Shown here one piece after another: positions 21,667 to 32,680 of a stretch of DNA of 64,000 bases. A program made the position numbers and the translations under genes. Source of the DNA: an uncultured Nitrospinota bacterium (GTDB lineage: Bacteria > Tectomicrobia > Entotheonellia > J063 > CAVPRW01). The notes under the pieces are model-generated. The model had not been told where the DNA came from. It was given only the letters and a program-made list of their open reading frames with translations, and ran no database searches. The stretch covers positions 128,001 through 192,000 of the forward strand of contig CAVPRW010000014.1 in NCBI GenBank assembly GCA_963707985.1, in the 5' to 3' direction. How positions within the stretch are numbered: position 1 is the first letter of the stretch; every line of letters starts with the position of its first letter.

Positions 21667-22103
21667 TTAGATCGAGCTGTTCATGGGGAACTTTACCCCG
21701 TCCAGCTGCTCCTCCCGCCACTTCTGTTGTAGGTGGTGGCGATCCTTAAACTCAGGCATGACCTCTTTGGCGAACAGTTCCAATGACTCCATGATGTCTT
21801 CGTGTTTACGGTCGCCGCATTGACAGAAGAGGTTCAGGATGTCCAGGTGAGCTGCTTCGTACTGGCGGATATTGTCGCGGATGAATGTGGGCGAGCCGAT
21901 GAACATTCCGCGCCTGCCCATACGGTATAGCACGCGCGCGCTCTCGTCCTCCGGCTCCAGTTCCGTGGCCGCTTCACGGGCCTGGGCTGAGTCCTCCGCA
22001 TCGGCACGTTTTCTGAACTCCCGGTAGACGTTGTCCCGGCCGTAGGTGGTATGGCCGTGCATCCAGCCGAACACGAAGCCAAAGAACTGGGCGCCGGAGA
22101 GGC
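21667..22103 (-). pseudogene. LLM-class flavin-dependent oxidoreductase, 3' fragment truncated by an IS1-family element
   Basis: MFIGSP...QCGDRKHEDIMESLELFAKEVMPEF C-terminus; similarity stops at the IS end at 22104. Confidence 0.75.
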
Positions 22104-23416
22104 GGTGGTGTCCCTCGATCGCGTGTATAACATGGCTACGAAGTGACGTTGGTTGCTTGCTGATCGAGCCGGTCGCGAAAGTCCGGGGGCACACGATAGC
22201 TCAGCAACTCCTCCATAGTCCACATGTGGTCCGTCATTCCTGCGGCCATAGCAGGCGTGACTGGTTGCCATTCCTTGGGTGAGCCAGGGCCCCGGGTTGG
22301 TTGAGGTTCCGGTAAACGATGTCTCAAGCTGTCATGCGGCAACACGACGTGATAATAGGCCAAGCTCAACCACAGATGCTTCTCTAACCAGGTCAGGTCT
22401 TTGGAACAGCTGAGCACCTTACGCGAGAGACGGCCATTACACTGGCGACACGTCAAGTTGTTGCGTTCGACGAACCTGGTATTGATGGTTTGACTGACCG
22501 TGGAAACGGCCAAGCGATCCTGCACCGCCTCTTCCGTGCCAAAGATGATCTTGGTGGTCACGTGGACCACGCGTCCCCCTTTCCTGCGGTTGACGACCTG
22601 GGCATAGTGCAAGTCAGCAGGTGGAAGGAGCTTGGGGGTGGGCTTGGGCCCGCGTTTACCCGGGATATGCAGGATGACCTCCGGCATGCCATACACGTGC
22701 AACAAGGCATGAGCATCGTACGGCAACTGATCACTGGTAAAGAACGGAATATACCCGCAACTGACGGCTTGCAGGCGCTCCAGCAGCATATTAGCGTTCT
22801 CTTGGTCGCGTTTGCCCACCACGAAGGCGGCCACCAGGCGCCATGTCGGTGCGAAGGCGATCCATACCCAGGCATCGCCATAGAGCGCCAGCACCTTCTC
22901 GGCTACGGTCAGATGGGCTTCTTTACTTACGCACGAAGCTCCACAATTCGTCCACTTGGCACTCAGTGATATGCAAGTTGTCGACCAGGTAGGTGGTCAC
23001 GGCCCGACAATGCCGTCCGGCTCGATCCAGCCAGTCACAGACGGTATCCTTATCGACGCCGACGATGCGGCCGGTGCCTCGCAGGGAATTACCTTCTGCT
23101 AGTGCCCGCATGGCGATGGTGTCATTCGGCTCCTCCGCGTGCACCCCGAAGTACGCCGTGCCTTGGCGGGCTGAAAACGTACGCTTACACATGGTACACA
23201 ATAGGCGAGGAATGCCGCGATCGACTCCACGACGGACCAGGTGAGAGCCGAAGCCATACCTGCTGTCATGCGAGCATTGCGGGTTAGGACAGTCGCATGT
23301 AGTGAACTCCATGGCTCCCTCCTGATGCGGACCGTGTGTCGTGCATCAGGAGTTTACAGCGAGCGTTCTCGCTTATCGCTCCTTCATATTCATACACGCT
23401 ACTGAGGGACACCACC
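22104..23416 (-). mobile_element. IS1-family element, copy 1 (1313 bp)
   Basis: Terminal IRs GGTGGTGTCCCTC / GAGGGACACCACC; zinc-finger/HTH ORF 22923..23312 plus DDE ORF 22136..22894 (QVDELW, TSDQL, VERNN). Confidence 0.88.
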
Positions 23417-23504
23417 AAAAATAGGACCTACGGGTAGAAAGCTGCAATAGGACCTACTAGGCCTCTTATCGTGTCGGAAAGCTAACGTGGCTTTATACGG
23501 TTAA

Positions 23505-24428
23505 TCACCTCCAATCAGCATATGGATCTGATCCATCAGCTGGCAGAGGGATCTCGAGGGTAATGTCAGTGATGCCGAGTGGAAGACCCTTCTGCACGAT
23601 GGTGGCGCTCTTTTGGATCTGTTCGGTACCTTCAGCTAGCACGTACAATGTTGAAAACGACCTTCCATCAGGCGGCCCTAGCACTGGGACTAACGACGAG
23701 AGCGCCGCGACTTTGGGTAAGCATATGACGAGGAGATTTTTCCCTACAGGAGATACAGACCGCTGATCCTCCCCCCTGAGCTTGTCTGATAAGTTCCGAA
23801 TTTCCTTCGCGAGTACTTTGGCTGAATGTAGCGCATGGAGGGGTGCGCGAAGATCATACGACCACTTCAGATATTGTGCCAGCGTCAGCCGTCGTGCCTT
23901 ATTAACATAACCACCAGCTTCAAGTATTTTGATGCCGCCTCTGAGGTGCCGCAGCGCAAATTCCTGAACGACGAAATCGCACCTGGCACGGGGCAGAAGC
24001 TGCGCCTGATTGTCATAGGCGTTGGTGATTTGTACCGCTGCAGGGATAATACGACCGTCTCGCCTACGTCGCTTCCAGCCTACCCCGATAAAGGCGTGGT
24101 ATTTCTTCTCTTGAGGATAACGCTGGCTCTTAAAAAATGTTGTGGCGCGATGGGCTACCTCAAATATCCCTTTGTGGAGTTGGTCAGCATCTACAAACGG
24201 CTTGATCACTGTCGCAAACCATTCGTTGGTGTTCTGTCCTTCGATCTTCGCCCAGCCCATATAGGCAAAGATCATAGTCCGGTTAATCACGATCGCTTTC
24301 GTCTGGTCATCAGCTTTGCTCTCGCAATCCTCATAAATCGCCAAAGTACCGTCCTTTTCGTGTACTAATCGGCGGTCGGAAACCTGCAGGACGTAGTCGC
24401 GGGTTATGCACGAAAGGATCTGAGTCAC
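23505..24428 (-). CDS. Orphan protein with a proteasome-beta/Ntn-hydrolase-like N-terminus
   Basis: GTG start at 24428 after GGGAGG gives (M)TQILSCITRDYVLQVSDRRL..., i.e. Thr1, Asp17, Arg19, then K43 and G57; lower GC than the flanks. Confidence 0.65.
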   Translation of the reverse strand: MTQILSCITRDYVLQVSDRRLVHEKDGTLAIYEDCESKADDQTKAIVINRTMIFAYMGWAKIEGQNTNEWFATVIKPFVDADQLHKGIFEVAHRATTFFKSQRYPQEKKYHAFIGVGWKRRRRDGRIIPAAVQITNAYDNQAQLLPRARCDFVVQEFALRHLRGGIKILEAGGYVNKARRLTLAQYLKWSYDLRAPLHALHSAKVLAKEIRNLSDKLRGEDQRSVSPVGKNLLVICLPKVAALSSLVPVLGPPDGRSFSTLYVLAEGTEQIQKSATIVQKGLPLGITDITLEIPLPADGSDPYADWR

Positions 24429-24696
24429 TGCCAACCTCCCAAGCGGATTGAGTCGCATGGGTGAACAGCTAACGAAGGCGGATCGGCTGCATCCGCTAGC
24501 TCCGTGCGGTGTGCAGGCGGGGGGCAGCCCGCCCTATCTCGTAGATCGATGGCATTAGGGGCATTGATAGTGGTAGAGGACCTCTTTCTGTTCAGGGGGT
24601 CGGGTCCATACACACAGGAGACGTGGGGCGAACCTATCCGAGTGGGTGGAGAAAGTACAGGACAATCAGTCCGTGCCCTATTTCCCCCCGAGGCTA

Positions 24697-26490
24697 GGTG
24701 TAGGGGCGCGAGAACATCATGCGTGATACCTGGGAACTGCGTCGATTGCTGCGCACGCTTGGTGCGAATGACACGAGGTGCGTACCTGCGAACTGTGGCA
24801 TTCTGCCTGCGAACATCCTGTCCTACCTGAGAACAGCGCCGCCTGCGCACGCTTCGTGAGAATGGAGGAAGGCGTGCACTCCAGGTCGTCTTCTGTGTAG
24901 AACGGTGCGTTGGAGACCTCTCCTCCGACCCTCTGCGCCCTTACCAGGCGCTTAGAACGCGAGCGCCGGGAAGTCTGGGGGCAGACCCAGGTATACCTGC
25001 CCGACCGTCTCATACCGGGTCTCGGCAGCGACGACATGATGCCTCAGGACCTGGACGTCGCGGAAGTAGCGTTCCAGCGGGCTCTTCGTATAGATCCCGC
25101 TTGTGCCTGCGACGCGGTACATCAACTCCACCACCTGCACCGCGCTCTGCACCGCGTGGGTCATGGCGAGCAGCACGTCGGCCTTGTGTCTCAGCGAGAG
25201 GGTCTCTCCGGCGACGGTGGCCTCCCACGCCTCGCTCAGGGTATCGTAGAGCAAGACGCGCCCCGCGCGGAGGATCGCCTCCGCTTGGGCCAGCTTGGCT
25301 TGCGCCGAGGCCCGTTCCCGTAACACGGTGCTCGCCGCCACGGGCACTTTGCCTTGCGCCAGCGCGGACACCTCCTCAATCGCGCGCCGCGCCACCGCGA
25401 GCAGGAGCGGAGGGAGATTGGACGCGGCAATGCCGATTAAGGGGAAGCGGTAGAGGGGGCCCTGATAGTGGGACCCGGGGGTGAACTCCGGCACGAAGGG
25501 GAACGTCCGGGCCGTGGGCACGAAGACGTCGGTCACCGCCACGTCATGACTCCCCGTGCCGCGCATCCCCATGACGTGCCAGGTGTCGATCACGTGGCAG
25601 CTGTCACGGGGGAGATACGCCATCACCACCGCCGGCTCACCCCTGTCCGCTGCCCGCGAGTGGTCTCCCGCCATCACCGTGGCCTCCGTGGCGATCCAGT
25701 TGGCGTCATAGCAGTTGCTGACGAAGGGCGCGCGCCCGGTAATGCGATACCCCCCCTGAGCCGGGGCTGGCCTGCATCGGGCGTCCAAATTGCCCGGCGA
25801 TCACGACGTTGGCACCGCGGCCGTAGATTTCCTCGGCGCCTGCATCCGGCAAGCGGGCGCAGAGGTACGCCTGGTCTAAGGGGTTGGCGAGGGTCCAGCC
25901 GGCCGCGGTGTCGTGCCCGGAAATCTCTTCGATCACGAGGGCGCGGGTCAGGGGATCGACTTCCAGCCCGCCCAGGGACCGCGGGGTGCACATGCGCAGC
26001 AAGCCGGCTTCGTGCAGGGCGGCCAACACCGGCGGTGACAGGCGGCGCTCCCGCTCGGCCTCCGCATGGTGTTCCCGGATCACCGGGGCCAGGCGTCGTG
26101 CGGCTTCGATGAGTGTGGTGTCTGCATGAATCTGCATGGGACCACAGGGGGGGCCTTCGGCCCTTCCAACTCCTCGTCCACAGGCTCTGTCCAACGACAC
26201 CAGACCGCCGATCGAATGCTGCGAACCCTGCCGCTATGTGCAGCCTCACATCCGAGGTATTGATCGATGACACGCATGCGGTGGGCGACTGGCACACCCG
26301 CCTTAGAGACCCAACCCCACGGCTTTCAAAAAGACGGCCATTTGCCGGGCGGCCGGATCATAGGATGTGATGTTCTCAAGCAGGATACCGCCGGTTCTCA
26401 GGTATGCACCTCGCGTCATTCGCACCAAGCGTGCGCAGCAATCGACGCAGTTCCCAGGTATCGCGCGTGATGTTCTCGCGCCCCTACACC
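24697..26490. mobile_element. Non-autonomous cassette bounded by ~130-bp terminal inverted repeats and flanked by TA on both sides
   Basis: 24697-24825 is the inverted repeat of 26361-26490 (5 mismatches in the outer 97 nt); internal CCTGNGAAC repeats; no transposase inside. Confidence 0.75.
24952..26137 (-). CDS. Acyl-CoA-dehydrogenase-fold flavin-dependent hydroxylase (HsaA/C2-HpaH-like), indel near 25768
   Basis: AERERRL...ALHEAGLLRMCTPRSLGG, GYRITGRAPFVSNC, DTWHVMGMRGTGSHDV and PLERYFRDV motifs. Confidence 0.85.
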
Positions 26491-26592
26491 TATATGCAGG
26501 CTACCCCGAGGCCTCTGCCGCTTGACTTCGACCGGGTACCTAACGATAACGTTCATGATGTTCCTCCTTATATTTATCGATCCATTCAGCTC

Positions 26593-27795
26593 TCATACCT
26601 TCCTCCAGGATGTGCCATTGGACCAGCGGATCGTATTGGGGGGTTGAAGTGTCCCCGTGTAAGACCTGTCGTCTGGAAAGATGACCGTAATCGTAGAGGC
26701 ATTCAGAATCGATCCATGGGCGGCAGGACGGTTGAAGGCGGACATATCAATCGTTAGAGAGGTGAAGGCGGAGGAGACCACCGCCCGCCGGGGGCTCCCA
26801 TCTGTCCACCGGCCATTCAGATCGATCACCGTCTCGATCCGCTCACGGTCAATGAAGAAATACCGAATCGCACCATCCGGATGATAAGCACACAGGCTGG
26901 AATTGCCGATGATACCCAGGTTTGGGCAAACTGCCCGGCAAGGATCACCTGCCATGGGAGACGCCACTGGTCCCCAGGATCGATGTCAATCCGGCTGATG
27001 CCGCCGCCACCGTCCGTCGAATAAAATTCTGTGTGGCTGCTCCCCTCTTCGAAGAACAACAGGCCATCGAAGGGCGCGTTCTGCAAGAACTGGCCAGCCA
27101 CAATGTGCTGCCAGCTCCGCCGCCAGTTTTCATGCCGGGCAAAAGACCTACTTTCAATGACGCCACGCACCCTGAAAAATTCCCCGACACCCAGGGTTTT
27201 ATTATAGAAGAGCAGATCATCATTCGGGCTGCTGCTAAAGTTACCGGTGAGGACCACCTGCCCCAGATCGCGCAACAAACCAAACCCACGGAAATCCTCG
27301 AAGTTCCCAGACGGGTTCATGCGATGGAAAGAAAATCGACCTCTGGTCGGGATACAGAAGAGCACGTTGGTGTCCCCGAAGCGTCCCCCAAGGACATGCG
27401 TAAAGAGGGTGTTTGATATGAGCTGCTGCGACTTCAAGTGCAGCCCGCCGCGCCCATCCGTCTCATGGACCTCGCTCATACCTGAGGTGGCGTCATAAAA
27501 GAGCAACAGGCGAGGGCTGGCCTGAGGAACGGCGGTGATGTGGGTCCAACGCCTGCTGAAGGTGTGATCCCCCCCCGACTCGACGCGGTCCATCAAGAAC
27601 GGGAGTGCCATCATCCAGGCGACCATTCTTCACGGTCGCAAAGAACGCCCCAATCCCAGTGTTCCGGTCGTAGCAAAAAAGGTCCGTCGCGGCTTGGGTA
27701 GCAGATTGCGGATCGGCGAACGAACCTTTAATGATATGAGTCCAACCGCTGGGAAACCTTGTGGATACCCACACATTCAGCTCAAATTCCGACAT
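26593..27795 (-). CDS. Repeat (beta-propeller/lectin-like) protein, split by two indels
   Basis: Repeated W(T/Q)H(I/V)..G.F...D.L(F/L)(F/C)Y...G units across ORFs 27493..27810, 26826..27626 and 26593..26967. Confidence 0.6.
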
Positions 27796-27891
27796 GGGAT
27801 GCTCCTCCATAAAACCTGTGCAACACCCTCATCCGGGTAGAGAGGCGCAATGGCTCCACGGTCTACTGCGCCGCGGGTTGCTACTTTAATT

Positions 27892-28485
27892 TCAACCTTC
27901 CGGGACAAACTCCGTTATGATCCACCGCTGCGTGTCGTTGTTCTGCGCGGGCCGGGTGACGAGAGCGTAGTCTTTCTCCTTGATCTCATGCGCATCCACA
28001 AATCTTCCGCTGCTTTTTTGCTGGATCGTGTAGGTGTTGTCGCCCAGGGGAGTCAGAATCCATTGCTGTGTATCGTCGTTCTGCTGCGGCCTGGCGATGA
28101 TGGCGTAATCTTTCTCTGCAATTTCATGAGCATCCACAAATCGACCACTCTTTTTATGCTGAATCGTGTACGCGCCGCCCACCGGCGTGATGACCCAGGT
28201 TGGTGGAACGAAAAATAGATGCCCAATCTTCGGAATATAATCTCCAGAGGGCCTCGTCATAAGAGCGAAATCTTTCTTATTGATATAAGCATCGACATAG
28301 CGACCGTTGCTTTTTTGCTGGATTGTATATATTCCCACTCTCAAGGTGTTGCCGGTTTGGGCTGTCATGGGTTGAGACGGATATTGGGCTTGCGACGGTC
28401 GCTGGTCTTGCGCCATCGCCAGTGTTGAAACGAGACAGAGCGCGGCCATGGTGCTCCCAACGGTCTTGGCAATATATCGTAGCAT
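27892..28485 (-). CDS. Secreted ricin-B (beta-trefoil) lectin-like protein
   Basis: Signal peptide (ALCLVSTLAMA-Q); three YTIQ(Q/H)K..GR(Y/F)VDA repeats, two ending in QxW. Confidence 0.8.
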   Translation of the reverse strand: MLRYIAKTVGSTMAALCLVSTLAMAQDQRPSQAQYPSQPMTAQTGNTLRVGIYTIQQKSNGRYVDAYINKKDFALMTRPSGDYIPKIGHLFFVPPTWVITPVGGAYTIQHKKSGRFVDAHEIAEKDYAIIARPQQNDDTQQWILTPLGDNTYTIQQKSSGRFVDAHEIKEKDYALVTRPAQNNDTQRWIITEFVPEG

Positions 28486-28651
28486 ATGATTGCTCCTTAT
28501 TGGTTGCGGCTCGCACTAATTGAGCGTCCGGCTCGCAATAGAGCACCCGTCCTAGCCCACAATCATTGATTCTGGCGCGTGCGTCCGGCCCACATTGATT
28601 GCACCGGAGCCCACATTATTTGCCACGACCTTGTGGCGGGTACTCCCCGCG

Positions 28652-28732
28652 TTATACGGCGAGTTTTTCGGGTGATAACCCCGCGATATCGTGGGGGTGA
28701 GCGGGGAAAATCAGGCCAAACTCGCCGTATAA
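28652..28732. repeat. 81-bp palindromic element with perfect 15-bp terminal IRs (MITE-like)
   Basis: TTATACGGCGAGTTT (28652-28666) and AAACTCGCCGTATAA (28718-28732), enclosing an inner hairpin. Confidence 0.6.
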
Positions 28733-28894
28733 GAGCATTTATACTGCCAGTTGTACGCGGCGTCTGCGATCTCCAGTCCGCCTGCACCAACGCTGTCATC
28801 CGCCGTGTTATACCTACTGTATGGTTCTACGTAATTTCTTTGGTGGCATATGCTTACGAGTGCGATGATGGTAGAATCGGGCCAACTCGTTGCG

Positions 28895-30097
28895 TGTGGG
28901 TCCCGAAAACCCGTCGCAACCGTCATCCGGCCGATGAGCGCACATGTCATCACGCCGCTCGCCGTTCATAGTGATGATGCAACCCACCCACCTCTGGGAC
29001 TTCCCTGATCGGGCCAACCTCTGGCCGTTGGACCGGCCGCGGTAGCGGACAATCCATGTCCAACGCCCGATGTGTGCGCCAGTGATGATAATAGTGGAAG
29101 TATTTGGTCAGGAGCCGCCGCAGATGTCGCTCGTGCAGGACGATCACGTGATCCAGGCATTCGCGGCGAATGCTACCGATGAGCCGCTCGACATAGGGGT
29201 TCTGCCACGGACTTCGGGGGGCGATGAGTACTTCTTCAATCCCCATGTGCCGCACCCGCTGCCGAAACGAGGCGCCGTAGATGCGGTCCCGATCGCGCAG
29301 CAGATAGCGTGGCGCCTCGTCCCACGGAAACGCGTCCACGACCTGCTGGGCGGTCCACTCGGCGGTGGGATGTTCCGTGACATTGAAATGGACGACGCGA
29401 CGCCGCTCGTGGGCCAGGATGACGAGGACGAAGAGCACTTTGTGGGTCACCGTCGGCACGACAAAGAAATCCAGGGAGACCAAATCCTTCACGTGGTTGT
29501 TGAGAAAGGCCTTCCACGTCGGTGATGGCGGCTTGCAGCGTCGGACGCGATACTTCTCCACGGTCGATTTGGCCACGTCGATGCCCAGCTTGTGCAGTTC
29601 CCCGACGATCCGGGGTGAACCCCAGGTCGGATTGGCCTGCCACATGTCCTGGATGAGCTGCGCGGATCTCCTTGGCCATCGGCGGGGCGACCGGGTGTTC
29701 CCTGCTGACTCAAGCGCCGCCAGTGGTCGCGAAAGCGCTGCTGCTGCCAGGCGATGACCGTGCGGGGCTGGACGAACACCAGGGCGTCGTGCCAGGCAGA
29801 CCAGAGCCGCGAGAGCCACGCCCAGAATAGCCGATCGGTCGGGCGAAGTCGCGGGCGATGGACGGTCTGTTGGTAGACTGCCAATTGATGCCGCAGTGCC
29901 AGGTGTTCCAGGCACAATGACGCCCGAGACCGGAAGAGGCCTGCAACGAAGGCCAACAGAGCCGAGATGATGGGGAGCATGATCAGAAACCTCCTCACCA
30001 TGACATGTCGGAAGATGGAGGAGTCTACTGATCCAGCATGAGGAGGAACTCGAAAAAAGTCAAATTGATGAAGAGCTTCAGGTTTTCGGGACAGACA
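28895..30097 (-). mobile_element. IS with an integrase-core (rve) transposase, IS3/IS481-like; transposase 28950..29980 with an indel near 29670
   Basis: IRs TGTGGGTCCCGAAAACC / TGTCTGTCCCGAAAACC; WGSPRIVGEL, DFF, LLRDRD and PWQNPYVERLIGSIRRECLD motifs. Confidence 0.85.
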
Positions 30098-30375
30098 ACC
30101 TCCAGGACATGCGTGTAGAAATCCCCCGGCGGCATTTCGGTTTCGAGGTCGGTCAGCTGCCGGCCGAGCTCCACCGACTCCTCGAGGAGAGCATACAGAG
30201 CTGGGGGCAACCTCACATTTCGGCTAGAATACCCGCATCCCTTGCTTGTCACCCCAGCTGGAGGACTGCCCCCATGAAGATGACCGTGCAACTTGGGGTT
30301 TTTTGCCCAAAGCGACGAAAAGGTATATTCCAGGTCTTGCACTGAGCGAGGGCGAAGCCCCAGACAAACTCAGTC

Positions 30376-30510
30376 CTACCACTTTTGCTCGTATTCTTCG
30401 ACGACATGCGTGTCGGTGAGATTCAGATAGATGGCGGTGGTGGTCAGCCGGCCGTGCCCGAGGATTTTCTGAATCGCAGCCAGTGAGATGTTCTTCTGAA
30501 GAGCCAGGGT
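30376..30510 (-). pseudogene. Tyrosine recombinase C-terminal remnant
   Basis: ISLAAIQKILGHGRLTTTAIY carries the box II His and catalytic Tyr; the rest of the gene is absent. Confidence 0.7.
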
Positions 30511-30959
30511 CTCGTGTTCTATCATGGTGATTCCCTCCGAGTCTTGGATGGTGTGGTAACCCCCATGATGCGGCGGTGGCCGCGTTCGGGTCAAGCCCCG
30601 GCGCGGCCTTTCGATTTATGACCAGGCCTCGTGTAGATCACACGGGCCATGGCCTGTAAAATCAAGAGCCCTTTCTGGCGGATCAGCTGATCATGTATGA
30701 AATTCTTTCTGATCAACTGTATGGTATCATGTTGAATTACATGGCGATCGTCAGATCGTATTGGAAACGATGATGGCAGTACCGCTCATTTTCGTCCGTC
30801 TGCTACCGGAGGTCCAGCTAGTTCCTTGCTGATGTAAAGGGTAGGAACTCAATTCCTACCCTAACGCGTAGATTTGTTGACTTTCAGATAGATCGATTGG
30901 AAAGTCTACCATGGGTCTAGGATACCACAACCAGCGCGGTAGCTACACATGAACAAAAT

Positions 30960-31874
30960 TTACTGTATCAGTGTATTCACTGCATGTACATGATCTCTTA
31001 CATAAGGACGAGCATCGTTTGTACGTATCAGAATGTCAAAATGATTGCGCCGCAAAAAATCGACTACTATTTCACGTGTCGAAAATTTTTCTGATTCGTT
31101 AGAACGGAAGTCATGACAAGCAATACAGGCATATCTCGTTCGGTTTATCATTTCTTTCATTCCCTTTATCGCAAGCCGTTCTCCCCCTTCGATATTCATC
31201 TTGAGCAGGTCGATGTACTCAATCTGGGCACGCTTGCAGATCTCATCTAATGGCAAGCCTTGGATCTTAATAACGGCCGTTGCGGTGGGTTGAAACTCCG
31301 TACTGTTAAGCTCATGCTTGGCGAGGTCTTCAATATAAACATCACCTTCTTTATCAATAGCAGCAACTTTGATACAGATAGTGTTAGTAAGATGATTTAA
31401 CTCGCAGAATTTTTCCAGGCGGCGGACAGTTTTTGGATGAGCTTCGATAGAAATCACCTTTCCAGATACCCCAACGGATCGAGAAAACACTAAGGTATCA
31501 AATCCGACTCCAGCTCCAACATCTACAATTATATCACCATCACTGGGTTTATAAAGATAGAACCAGTAGTCATTTGCTGCCTCAAATACGCTTTCAGCGA
31601 GATTTGGAAAGGTTATAATATCCTTAACAGAGTACTTAAACGTTGGTGTATCAGCAATATGAATTTTTGAACTGAGACTACGTATCCATAAATCGTCATA
31701 CCAAACTGCCATATCACAACCTGTCTTTTTCCTCGCATACCAAGTTGCTAGTGCACTTAACACCCATCTACTGCCAGTACGATCTAAGGAGGCCAGCGCA
31801 TTGGGAAGTTTACGGTTCGCCGACCTCCAGATTAGCTTATAAAGCTGCGATCTTCGAAAACCAATGTGGTCCAT
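30960..31874 (-). CDS. FkbM-family methyltransferase (AT-rich, probably horizontally acquired)
   Basis: IIVDVGAGVG, VISIEAHP and IDLLKMNIEGGE motifs. Confidence 0.85.
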   Translation of the reverse strand: MDHIGFRRSQLYKLIWRSANRKLPNALASLDRTGSRWVLSALATWYARKKTGCDMAVWYDDLWIRSLSSKIHIADTPTFKYSVKDIITFPNLAESVFEAANDYWFYLYKPSDGDIIVDVGAGVGFDTLVFSRSVGVSGKVISIEAHPKTVRRLEKFCELNHLTNTICIKVAAIDKEGDVYIEDLAKHELNSTEFQPTATAVIKIQGLPLDEICKRAQIEYIDLLKMNIEGGERLAIKGMKEMINRTRYACIACHDFRSNESEKFSTREIVVDFLRRNHFDILIRTNDARPYVRDHVHAVNTLIQ

Positions 31875-32235
31875 GGACAGTCCTCCTTGGCAACAGGGAT
31901 AGGAGCGAAGGGGTCAGACGCGAGGTCTGCCGGCGACACACGCGTGAGGCCGGCAGTGGCGCAAGTGTACCGGGGTGGGGTTAGGGTGTCAATCGCCGGC
32001 CGCCGCCGGCCGCCTCTGGCCCCACAACCCCCCTGGCTGACCTCCAGGCGCGACGATCGCGACGCCCCCCTGACCCGAGGGACCCCCCCCTGCAGCAGGT
32101 CGGGGTGATCCCGGGCGAGACGGGCAAGACGGTAAGCATTTGCCCGGTCGTGTACCCGATCGCTGCGGATAATTCCTTCGGCCTGAAAACCAGGTAAAAT
32201 GGTCTCCTATCACCACCATGTAAGGGGGCCATGCC

Positions 32236-32680
32236 ATGATCCCACACCTCGTCTACTATCAACTGGTGATCCTGGTCCTGCTCTGGTTGTGCGTCATGCT
32301 GCCTCACCTCTGGCTGAGCCCGCGCCGTGGGATGCCCAAGAGGCCAGCTGATTCCATCACGCCCAAGCGTCAACGCTCTCGCGAGCCCAAACCGTTTGCG
32401 GGCCTGACGCACAAGCCCCACTGTGCACGGTGTGAGCAAGAGACCGGGCAGAGTGCTCTAGCGCCTCCGGTGACGGCCCGATCCCATGCCTCCAACGAAT
32501 CGCCGCCCCCGTACAGTGGATACCTCCATGCACTTTTGTCCCCACAGCGACTGTGACTATCGCGGCTGGCTGGGGCTGAACAATCTGCGGGCCAATGGCC
32601 ATCCCAGTGGCGGCCCCTGGCGGCAGTTTCACTGCCTCGGGTGCAATGGCTATTTTCCAGAGCATCACGGCACGATTTTT
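32236..32680 (+). pseudogene. 5' fragment of a second IS1-like transposase, interrupted by IS copy 2
   Basis: Zinc-finger-like HCARC, FCPHSDC and HCLGCNGYFPEHHGTIF, abutting the IR at 32681; one indel near 32480. Confidence 0.6.

Noticed and set aside
23420..23457. 12-bp direct repeat AATAGGACCTAC next to IS copy 1 as a target-site duplication
   Set aside because: Both copies are on the same side of the IS, so it cannot be a TSD; its function is unclear.
24705..24860. CRISPR array from the periodic CCTGNGAAC repeats
   Set aside because: The repeats are 9 bp with ~11-bp gaps, lie inside a terminal inverted repeat, and no cas genes are present.
23481..30870. Integron-like cassette array (same-strand genes; CTAACG/GTTAG cores at ~23482, 24468, 26540 and 30861)
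   Set aside because: No paired R''/R' boxes with a proper attC stem could be built, and the only recombinase is a short C-terminal remnant with no evidence of being IntI.
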